A program made the position numbers and the translations under genes. The notes beneath the pieces were generated by a model, which saw nothing but the letters and a program-made list of their open reading frames with translations, ran no database searches and had not been told where the DNA came from. A DNA stretch of 64,000 nucleotides from a virus (Duplodnaviria; Caudoviricetes), in the IMG/VR virus record IMGVR_UViG_3300036985_004505, positions 785 through 64,784 of that record; one strand, given 5' to 3'. The number at the start of each line of letters is the position of its first letter. Position 1 is the first letter of the stretch. Positions 47,986 to 56,187 of this stretch are shown here, piece by piece.

Positions 47986-49247
47986 AAATAACAACAAGTT
48001 ATCCAGTAGTAATTAATGGGGTTGATAAAACGCCCGATTTATATTATGATAGTGCCGATGGTGAATTTTCGGAGGCACGAGGTAGAAAAAGGGGTCTTGG
48101 TAAAAAAATTAAGGCTAAACGTACTTCTAAAGTAAGGCAAGTGCCGTTAAAAAGACCTAATCGCCCAGTTAGTTTAAAAGGTACAAGGGTTATAACTTTG
48201 GGTACAAAACAAAACAATGTGTTAAAAGCACTTGACCGCCCCGAGTTTTATAATGCTGACGGCAATGACGAATATTACGATGCTGATGGTGGCGGTTTAA
48301 AAGTTTTTACAACCTATCCAGTAACCATAAATAAAAATAGAATTAGCCCTACCGATTATTTTTTAAACGCTGATGGCGAGGAGTACTTGCCGTTTGACGG
48401 ACAAACAGAATTATTGGGTTTTCGTGACGAATTAGGTGAAGAATATTTTTGCGGTATAGATGGTGAAGAGTTTTATAATGCTAAAGGCGAAAAACTAAAA
48501 GGTTTCTTTAAAAAAGTAGGTGGCGGTGTTGTTAAGGCTGGTAAGTTTATTGGCAAGGTTGCTAAAAAAGTTGGTAGAGCGATTGTTAAAGCGTCTAAAA
48601 GCGTTGTTAAAGGCGTAAAAACGGCTGGAGGGAAAGTTAAGGCTGGTGCAAAAAAATTAATACACCACAAAACACCAGAAGAAAAAGCAAAATCTAAAGG
48701 CGATAGGGATAAAAAACGTGCCGATAGAGTAAAAGAGCATAACGATAAAAAAGCTAAAAGGGATAAGGAAATTGCTGATGCAAAAGCAAAAGGGCAAACG
48801 CCCCCACCACCTTTACCCCCTTTACCACCACAAACCCCACAAGAAAAAGAGGAGGAGTTAAAATTAACGCAAACAGAAAAAAAAGTAGGGCAAAGTGCAG
48901 ATACTGGAGGAGATGTTTTTACCAAAGAATTACCACCAGCAACACCAAATACACCACCCGAAAATGTTGTTGATGTAAATGGTGTTAAATACGATGCAAC
49001 CGATATACCAAAAGGCAAAGAGATTGTTGAAACAATTGATGAAAGTGGCAAAAAAATAGCTGGGGTTGAGTTTAAGCCTGAAGAGGTTGTAGCCGTTACA
49101 GGAAAAGATGGCAACATTGAATATTACACTCCAGATGCACAAGGTATGAGTAAGGGTTTAAAAATTGCCCTTGTTGTTGGCGGTGCGGTTGTACTTTTGG
49201 CGGTAGCTTATTTTATATTTAGACCTAAAGGCAAAACATCTTCATAA
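47982..49247 (+). CDS. tail-anchored protein with NADG repeats, a basic amphipathic block and a Pro-rich linker
   Basis: Multiple [NS]ADG motifs and a QGMSKGLKIALVVGG anchor. Confidence 0.75.
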   Translation: MKITTSYPVVINGVDKTPDLYYDSADGEFSEARGRKRGLGKKIKAKRTSKVRQVPLKRPNRPVSLKGTRVITLGTKQNNVLKALDRPEFYNADGNDEYYDADGGGLKVFTTYPVTINKNRISPTDYFLNADGEEYLPFDGQTELLGFRDELGEEYFCGIDGEEFYNAKGEKLKGFFKKVGGGVVKAGKFIGKVAKKVGRAIVKASKSVVKGVKTAGGKVKAGAKKLIHHKTPEEKAKSKGDRDKKRADRVKEHNDKKAKRDKEIADAKAKGQTPPPPLPPLPPQTPQEKEEELKLTQTEKKVGQSADTGGDVFTKELPPATPNTPPENVVDVNGVKYDATDIPKGKEIVETIDESGKKIAGVEFKPEEVVAVTGKDGNIEYYTPDAQGMSKGLKIALVVGGAVVLLAVAYFIFRPKGKTSS

Positions 49248-49292
49248 AATAATAAAAATAAATTAATAACTTTACACTTAAAAACAAAAAAA

Positions 49293-49961
49293 ATGGCACT
49301 ATCAAAAAAATTAGACAAAATGTACAAAGCCATCGGGAAAGGTGAGCGTACAAGCAAAACATTTGCAACTATCCGTATGACTGACGGCAGAACTTTTAAA
49401 CGTAAAAATGCTAACCAATATGGCGATGCCGAGGGTGGTAATGATTATGTTGAAAATCGTGTTAATCGTACTGACCTTTACCCAAAGGATGCTCGTAAAA
49501 AAATTATGGAGACTGGTGGTGGCGTTGGTAGAAGTGGGTGGGCAAAAGCTACCGACAAAATGTACAAAGCGATTGGCAAGGGCGAACGTACAAGTAGTAC
49601 ATTTGCAACTATACGCAAAACAGATGGCACTTCTTTTAAACGCAGAAACGCTAACCAATATGGTAACGCTGAGGGTGGCAACGACTACGTTGAAAATCGT
49701 GTAAACCGCACCGATGCTTACCCAAATGATAAGCGTAAAAAAGTAATGGCGAATGGTGGTGGTTTAGCAAACACGACTGAAAGTACTCCAGCTAACGATA
49801 ATATGAGCTTTAGAAGTGGCGGTAAAATGCCAGCTAAGAAAAAAGCTACAAAAAAAACACCATTACAAGTTTACAAAAAAGAGCAACACGATGCTATGTT
49901 TAATAGTGAATATGGGCAAGGTGGTACAATGGAGTGCTGTTACACTATCGGTGGGCTTTAA
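49293..49961 (+). CDS. basic protein with a tandem internal duplication
   Basis: Two copies of DKMYKAIGKGERTS...NANQYG.AEGGNDYVENRVNRTD, ends YTIGGL. Confidence 0.8.
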   Translation: MALSKKLDKMYKAIGKGERTSKTFATIRMTDGRTFKRKNANQYGDAEGGNDYVENRVNRTDLYPKDARKKIMETGGGVGRSGWAKATDKMYKAIGKGERTSSTFATIRKTDGTSFKRRNANQYGNAEGGNDYVENRVNRTDAYPNDKRKKVMANGGGLANTTESTPANDNMSFRSGGKMPAKKKATKKTPLQVYKKEQHDAMFNSEYGQGGTMECCYTIGGL

Positions 49962-49967
49962 TAGGTT

Positions 49968-50141
49968 ATGATAAAAAAAGAGTACACAGATAGCGAAAAA
50001 CTTGACCACATTCATAGGCAAATGCGTAGAATGGAAGTAAGTACCCACATACAAACTGGAATTGCCATAATCGGCTTTTTAGCTTTGGTTGGATTAATTC
50101 AAATAGCTGGAAAATTAAAAGGTAAAAAATTATTAGAATGA
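49968..50141 (+). CDS. small membrane protein (57 aa, absent from the ORF track)
   Basis: MIKKEYTDSEKLDH...GIAIIGFLALVGLIQIAGKLKGKKLLE*, with an ATGA overlap. Confidence 0.65.
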   Translation: MIKKEYTDSEKLDHIHRQMRRMEVSTHIQTGIAIIGFLALVGLIQIAGKLKGKKLLE

Positions 50142-50644
50142 AACCAGAAGTAAAAAAATGGCTTATTGTAGGGGGGTTGGGTGTTATTAGCGTGGCACTT
50201 GCAATGGGGTATTTACAATATCGTAAGTTGATGAATTATACAGTGAAGTTGGGCGGTGCTAAATTTAAACAAGTAACGGCAAAAGTTTTTAACTTTGATT
50301 TGTTTATAAAATTTACTAACAACTCTGACGTAAATTTCGTAATAAGTGGGCAAGAATACAAGGTTTATTTAAACGATAAATTTGTTACTAAAATAAGCAA
50401 CTCAAACGAAGTAAATATATTGCCAAAAGCTACCAATGTAATACCAATAAATGTTGATTTTAACCCAACAGAAGTGCTTAATTTAATTGGTAGCAACTTT
50501 GCAAATATATTATTAAGCCCTGAAACTATTAAGATAAAAGTAGACGGGAAATTAAATGCAAAATTATACGGCTTTACAAAGGGCATTCCGTTTGTGTTTG
50601 AAAAAAATTTAAAAGATTTAATGGCATCTAAAAAAGAGGCTTAA
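50138..50644 (+). CDS. LEA_2/WHy-domain membrane protein
   Basis: N-terminal TM, then FTNNSDVNFVI....YKVYLND...I.P......IPI. Confidence 0.7.
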   Translation: MKPEVKKWLIVGGLGVISVALAMGYLQYRKLMNYTVKLGGAKFKQVTAKVFNFDLFIKFTNNSDVNFVISGQEYKVYLNDKFVTKISNSNEVNILPKATNVIPINVDFNPTEVLNLIGSNFANILLSPETIKIKVDGKLNAKLYGFTKGIPFVFEKNLKDLMASKKEA

Positions 50645-50704
50645 TTCGTTGGCAAGTAGATAAAAAAAGTTATTTTTGTAACTTAACAATTTAAACAAAA
50701 AAAT

Positions 50705-50932
50705 ATGGGATTATTAGATGGGTTATTTGACAAAGAAAAAATGGTTAGTGATACTATTAAAGGTTGCCTGGAGGAAGTAGCAATAGAATTAGGTTGCACA
50801 CACCAAGAATTATTTATTATGATTAAACCAACAAATGACGAAATGGATTTTAAATGTTGGGTATATAAAATAGTAGAAAGCAACCCTAAAATAATTAGGG
50901 AAATACCGCTAAAAGAAATATTAGGAGATTAA
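50705..50932 (+). CDS. hypothetical protein
   Basis: 75 aa ORF. Confidence 0.65.
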   Translation: MGLLDGLFDKEKMVSDTIKGCLEEVAIELGCTHQELFIMIKPTNDEMDFKCWVYKIVESNPKIIREIPLKEILGD

Positions 50933-50938
50933 AATAAA

Positions 50939-53833
50939 ATGGGAGCAAATAGGACTGAAATATTTAACGTAACACGCCTAACTGCGCCAGTTACTTATGT
51001 TGTAAAAAGTGCGGATGATATGATTGATGTAGATACATCTTCAGGTGGGTTGACTACTATTTACATTCCAAACATAGTCCAAAATGGCTTAAATTTAGTT
51101 GGTAAAACTTACACTATTAACGATGTTAGTAACAATGCGAGTGTTGGAAATATAACAATTATATGTTTAAACGGCGACACTATTAACAACTTTCCAGCCC
51201 TTACTTTAAGTACCGATGGCATTAGTGCCAATATTATACAAGTTGACCGCACACGTTATTTAGCAACGACTAATATAGCTGGAGGCACTTCTTCTGTTTT
51301 ATTAATACCAATTACATACGCTCAACTTGTTAGCCTTATTGGTTCTGGTGGCTTAATTGCTGGTCAAAAATACCTATTAACAGATTACGAAACTATTTAC
51401 GACCAACCCGATTACGATAGTTTAGGAAACCCTAAAGCCGTTGTAAATACAAATACTGGAGCGGTTGAGCCTTTAATTTTAGAGGCGGTATCAAGCACCG
51501 ATATTTCAAGCGTTGTTCAATCAACAATTTACCCAAGTGATTTAATTGAATATAATTGGAATTTTCAAAATACAGAATATAGCGGAAAGCCAGCAAAGGG
51601 CTTTATTACAGGCCGAACTATACCAGTTGGAAATACATTAAGTAATTTTTTAAGAACGCCTTACGATTTAAGAGCAGTAGTTTTTAAAAGGTATTTCAAT
51701 CCTATTAACGGCAATTTCAATATTGTAAACGATAATGGTTTAGCATCAGTAAATAATTTGCCTACTTTCGGTAATGGTTGCTATAACATTTACTTAGACG
51801 ATAATATTTTACCAACAACTCCTCAACCATTTTTATTGACTAATAATGTTTTTGGTAAGAATTGTAAAAATATTAAAACTGGGTATCAATTTGTGGGTAA
51901 CAGTATTGGTGTTGATTGCGATAATATGAGTTTTGGAGATACTTGTCGTTATAATATATTAAACAACAAGGCATCTAATAATATTATATGTAATAACTTT
52001 TCTTTTAATGTAATATCTGATAGTTTTTCAAACAACCAAATAGCTAATGGTTTTTTGCAAAACGAAATAGGCAATAGGTTTATTTTAAACGAAATTGGGG
52101 GTAATTTCGCTTATAATGTAATAACAAAAGGTTTTGATAATAATATTATTGGGGATAATTTTCAAAATAATATAATTTCGGATGATTTTAAGCAAAACCA
52201 TATAGGAGAAAACTTTAATTTTAACACAAATATTGATAAAAATTTTATTAGTAATGTAATTGGAAATGATTTTGCTAATAATTTTCCTATTGGTGTTAAT
52301 TTTAATTATAACCATATTGGCGATGGTTTTGCAAATAACGAAATAGGGAATTATTTTGGTTCTATCAATAATACAATTACTATTGTTCCAGTTGGCAACA
52401 TAATCGGTAACTTTTTTAATGGCAATTTAATAGGAGATAATTTTTACGGAAACAATATTCAAAATTTCTTTCAATCAAACACAATAAGTAGCATTTTTGC
52501 ATCTAATAAAATCGGAAATGGTTTTAGGGACAACGATACTACTGGCGAGTTTGAAAGCAACCAGATAGGCGATATATTTCGTTTTAACACGCCTATTGGA
52601 GCAAAGTTCAACAACAATAACATAGGCGATAGGTTTTTTCAAAATTCAAATATTGGTGGCAATTTTGATTCAAACCAAATAGGAAATTATTTTACCTTAA
52701 ATACAAATATTGGAAGTGGTTTTGTTCGCAACGTAATTGGTAATGATTTTAAAAATAATTCTGCTATTGGACAAGACTTTGTAGCTAATCATATAGGAAA
52801 TCATTTTCAAAACAATAACATAGGCGATAATTTTGGTGGCGATGGTAGAGAACAATATGGCAACATAATAGGCAACTTTTTCCAAGAAAACACTATATCA
52901 AGCGATGGGTTTTTTAGCAATAATATTGGCAATTATTTTTCTGCAAATGTAATAGGTGGTAATTTTGATAACAACTTAATTCAGAATAACTTTACAAATA
53001 ATACAACTTTAGGTGGTTTTTCCAGCAATCGAATAGGTAATAGCTTTATCGGTAATATCAATATAGATAATGGCTTTACATCAAATGATATAGGCGATAG
53101 ATTTGAAAATAACGATACTATTGGAATAGCTTTTCAAAACAATGTAATTGGCAATTTATTTACTGGAAACACTAATATAGGCACAAGTTTTACTGGCAAT
53201 AAAATCGGTTATTTTTTTACTAACAACACTAACATAGGAGATAACTTTTCAAACAATGTTATTTTAAATAGTTTTGTAAATAATATAAACATAGGAATAG
53301 GTTTTACAAGTAATAAAATAGCCTCTGATTTTATTGGCAACGCTATTGCTGATTCGTTTAGCAATAATACAATTAACGATTATTTTGATGGAAATACAAT
53401 AGGCATAGGTTTTAACTCAAACGAAATAGGTCTTAGTTTTCAAGCCAATGTTATATCAACCTCATATAATACTAATATAATTAAAGACAATTTTGTCGGT
53501 AACACTATTGGCACGAACTTTTATCAAAACGATATTAAAACTAATTTTCAAGGAAATGGCATAGGGGATATGTTTAATAATAATATAATAGGTAATAGTT
53601 TTGTAAGTAACATAAATATTGGCAACAATTTTCAATTAAACAATATAGTGACAGCCATTGTAGGTTACGATTTTAGCCTTGCTACTTATGTATATGGAGG
53701 CTATACAAAAAACATATTTTTAGCCGTTGATAGTGCCACATCAATAACAACTGATTATTTAGAATATTTTGATACAAACCCTATGTTTATAGGTTCTCCA
53801 AAATGGGTATATATAACACCAATTAATTCATAA
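50939..53833 (+). CDS. long spike/fibre-like protein with NxIG beta-solenoid repeats
   Basis: Dozens of roughly 11-aa F..N.IG repeats, and an ITYAQL..LI....L..GQKY..TDY head domain. Confidence 0.7.
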   Translation: MGANRTEIFNVTRLTAPVTYVVKSADDMIDVDTSSGGLTTIYIPNIVQNGLNLVGKTYTINDVSNNASVGNITIICLNGDTINNFPALTLSTDGISANIIQVDRTRYLATTNIAGGTSSVLLIPITYAQLVSLIGSGGLIAGQKYLLTDYETIYDQPDYDSLGNPKAVVNTNTGAVEPLILEAVSSTDISSVVQSTIYPSDLIEYNWNFQNTEYSGKPAKGFITGRTIPVGNTLSNFLRTPYDLRAVVFKRYFNPINGNFNIVNDNGLASVNNLPTFGNGCYNIYLDDNILPTTPQPFLLTNNVFGKNCKNIKTGYQFVGNSIGVDCDNMSFGDTCRYNILNNKASNNIICNNFSFNVISDSFSNNQIANGFLQNEIGNRFILNEIGGNFAYNVITKGFDNNIIGDNFQNNIISDDFKQNHIGENFNFNTNIDKNFISNVIGNDFANNFPIGVNFNYNHIGDGFANNEIGNYFGSINNTITIVPVGNIIGNFFNGNLIGDNFYGNNIQNFFQSNTISSIFASNKIGNGFRDNDTTGEFESNQIGDIFRFNTPIGAKFNNNNIGDRFFQNSNIGGNFDSNQIGNYFTLNTNIGSGFVRNVIGNDFKNNSAIGQDFVANHIGNHFQNNNIGDNFGGDGREQYGNIIGNFFQENTISSDGFFSNNIGNYFSANVIGGNFDNNLIQNNFTNNTTLGGFSSNRIGNSFIGNINIDNGFTSNDIGDRFENNDTIGIAFQNNVIGNLFTGNTNIGTSFTGNKIGYFFTNNTNIGDNFSNNVILNSFVNNINIGIGFTSNKIASDFIGNAIADSFSNNTINDYFDGNTIGIGFNSNEIGLSFQANVISTSYNTNIIKDNFVGNTIGTNFYQNDIKTNFQGNGIGDMFNNNIIGNSFVSNINIGNNFQLNNIVTAIVGYDFSLATYVYGGYTKNIFLAVDSATSITTDYLEYFDTNPMFIGSPKWVYITPINS

Positions 53834-53843
53834 AACAACCAAA

Positions 53844-54179
53844 ATGAACACAGAACATTTAGCATTAGAAAAACACTTAAAAAAATCAACAATTACAAGT
53901 AATTTAGTAAGCGTTTTTATAGCATTATTAACGGCATTAAGCGTTGGTTATGGTTTTTACTACAATACTAACAACACGCTTGATAGCCACACGATACAAA
54001 TTAAAGAGGTTAAAACAGACGTTGAAAGTTTAAAAGATGCCGTAAATAATTCGGCAATTTTTCAAGGTGCAACTGGAGAACAAATTAAAGCGGTTGAGGT
54101 ACAAGTAAACGATGTTAAAGCATCACAAATTCGTATTGAGGAAAAACTTGATAGATTAATTTTAAGGGCAACAAAATGA
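53844..54179 (+). CDS. TM plus coiled-coil protein (holin/hemolysin-like)
   Basis: Single TM, then heptads ending RIEEKLDRL. Confidence 0.55.
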   Translation: MNTEHLALEKHLKKSTITSNLVSVFIALLTALSVGYGFYYNTNNTLDSHTIQIKEVKTDVESLKDAVNNSAIFQGATGEQIKAVEVQVNDVKASQIRIEEKLDRLILRATK

Positions 54180-54484
54180 TAGTAAAAACAGATAACCCAG
54201 TAATATATTCCAACGCTTTTGGCGATGGTGCTTTGCGTGATAAATTTAAAGGCTTTATTGAAAAAGCTAAAGGCTCTGGTGGTTTAATGGACAAGGCTAA
54301 AGGCTTACTTGGGGGTTTAGGCGGAGGCGGTCAACAACAACAGCAACAAGCTACTTTACCACCACCACCACCACCGAAACCAAAAGGGATGAGTAAAAAC
54401 CTTAAAATCGGCTTAATTGTTGGCGGTAGTATTTTGGTGCTTGGCATTATTGCCGTTATAATTATAAAATCAAAAAACAAATGA
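54176..54484 (+). CDS. tail-anchored membrane protein
   Basis: MIVKTDNPVIYSNAFG N-motif and a KGMSKNLKIGLIVGG anchor. Confidence 0.75.
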   Translation: MIVKTDNPVIYSNAFGDGALRDKFKGFIEKAKGSGGLMDKAKGLLGGLGGGGQQQQQQATLPPPPPPKPKGMSKNLKIGLIVGGSILVLGIIAVIIIKSKNK

Positions 54485-54753
54485 GTTTAGAAACAAAAAA
54501 AATATGGTCGAGTAGTGTAACCAACGGCACGTTAATTATAGACGAAAATTATGGCTTTTCTGTAATTTCTGTAATTTTACAAAGCGGTACTGGAACTATT
54601 GAGGGTAACTTAACAACTATTAACGGCATACCATCTACACCAATAGCATTAACCATTGGTCAGGCGGTAACAATTGATACTGGAAGTGCTCAATTAATAC
54701 AAGACTATTTAAAAATAACAACAACTGGAACAGTGTTAATTTTAGCAAGATAA
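54481..54753 (+). CDS. small beta-rich structural protein
   Basis: 90 aa, all-beta pattern. Confidence 0.65.
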   Translation: MSLETKKIWSSSVTNGTLIIDENYGFSVISVILQSGTGTIEGNLTTINGIPSTPIALTIGQAVTIDTGSAQLIQDYLKITTTGTVLILAR

Positions 54754-54757
54754 AAAT

Positions 54758-55921
54758 ATGTCATATCAAGGCGGTAAAAAAGATGCAGAATTTGTAAAGT
54801 CAGTAGACTACCCAATTTCGTTAGAAAGGGTAAATGATGTAAAAGAGTATTTAGAAACAAAAAACATTCACCAAAGTTGGCAAGTAATGTTTGAAGATGC
54901 TAAACACACAAAGCGTTTTACGGATATTCCGTGGAGTGTTTTGCGTATGATAGTAGTGGTTTACCACCACGATAAAGGCAAGGTAAGTTCGCAAGAAATA
55001 CTTAACGCTATTAGAAGTATGCACTTTAGCGTACCTTTGAATAAAAAAGGGGCAAACATAAAAAGCAACACGTCATATATAAAAAACGATAAAATTTTTA
55101 TAAATGGTAAATCACACGAATTTCTTATTGGCGACGATGGTGATATTGTTGAGGATTGGTTAAGAAAAAAAAGTAGTGCAAAAATGGTTGTAAAAAAACT
55201 GCGTGAAGTGGCAACCGCAAGAAGTAATTATGGTGGTGTTGAAAGACCAAAAAGTTTAAGGAGTATTGCTGATTTTATTGAAAAAAATTCAGTTAAACAA
55301 GCCAAAAACGGAGCAAACATTGGTAGTAATAACGAAAATGCTGAAATGGTATTAAACAACAATAAGCAAATTGCACACCACACTAAAGAACTTGCAAGTG
55401 CCGTAAAAGGTAAACAAGTGCCAGCGTGGGTAGTTGCAAAAGTTAATCGTTCGGCAAGTGATTTATCAGATGCTACACATTATTTAGATGGCGTTAATTC
55501 AAAATATGGTAAAGGCTCTACTATTAAAAATGATGATACGTCAGAAATAGAATGGAGATTAGGCTATCAAGTTGACGGTGTTTGGAAAAGAGAATACTAT
55601 AATAGTGAGAGTGAGGTACAAAAGCGTATTAAATTACTTAAAAGTGGTGAATTAAAAGGGGTATTTACAAAAATAAAAGCAATAGAAATATTTGGTGATA
55701 AAACATTATACGCTAAAGGTTCTACTATAAAAGGTTTGCCAAAAATAACCAAGAATGAATTATATCAAGGGGTATTGCGTGATAGTTTATCTTCAAAAAA
55801 AGTTTGGGAAAGAAACGATGTGATGGAAAGTTTTATAAATGAAATAAAAAAACAAAACATTAAATACGCTAATGGTGGTAGTGTAGGCACAACATTTATT
55901 TACGAAATAGGAGGTTTATAA
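54758..55921 (+). CDS. multidomain protein with xxxG[GSA] linkers
   Basis: VPAWVVAKV helical domain, YGKGST/YAKGST/YANGG linkers, ends YEIGGL. Confidence 0.7.
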   Translation: MSYQGGKKDAEFVKSVDYPISLERVNDVKEYLETKNIHQSWQVMFEDAKHTKRFTDIPWSVLRMIVVVYHHDKGKVSSQEILNAIRSMHFSVPLNKKGANIKSNTSYIKNDKIFINGKSHEFLIGDDGDIVEDWLRKKSSAKMVVKKLREVATARSNYGGVERPKSLRSIADFIEKNSVKQAKNGANIGSNNENAEMVLNNNKQIAHHTKELASAVKGKQVPAWVVAKVNRSASDLSDATHYLDGVNSKYGKGSTIKNDDTSEIEWRLGYQVDGVWKREYYNSESEVQKRIKLLKSGELKGVFTKIKAIEIFGDKTLYAKGSTIKGLPKITKNELYQGVLRDSLSSKKVWERNDVMESFINEIKKQNIKYANGGSVGTTFIYEIGGL

Positions 55922-55939
55922 TAACTAAAATATAAAAAA

Positions 55940-56182
55940 ATGACAAAGTTTACAAAAGGACAAGCGGTTAAATTTTTACGAAATGCCGTAACAAAATCAG
56001 ATTCAACTATTGTTAGTGCGGTAGTTACCTTACCTGAAAATGTACCAACAGAATTAGGGCAATCTTACATTATTGAACACGGATTAGGCTGGGCTCCAAA
56101 CCCTTTAAGGGTAAAAAGTTTTGAATTAAATGCTGATAAGAAATATTTATTTGTTAGCGAAAAAGAATTAACCTTAATCTAA
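55940..56182 (+). CDS. small SH3-like protein
   Basis: KFTKGQAV...FVSEKEL. Confidence 0.6.
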   Translation: MTKFTKGQAVKFLRNAVTKSDSTIVSAVVTLPENVPTELGQSYIIEHGLGWAPNPLRVKSFELNADKKYLFVSEKELTLI

Positions 56183-56187
56183 AAAAA

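Noticed and set aside
49293-49961. Internal duplication as an assembly artefact
   Set aside because: The two copies differ at many synonymous and some non-synonymous positions, consistent with a genuine older duplication.
50939-53833. Asn-rich repeats as a diversity-generating retroelement target
   Set aside because: No reverse transcriptase or TR/VR pair is seen. The repeats are degenerate protein-level solenoid repeats.
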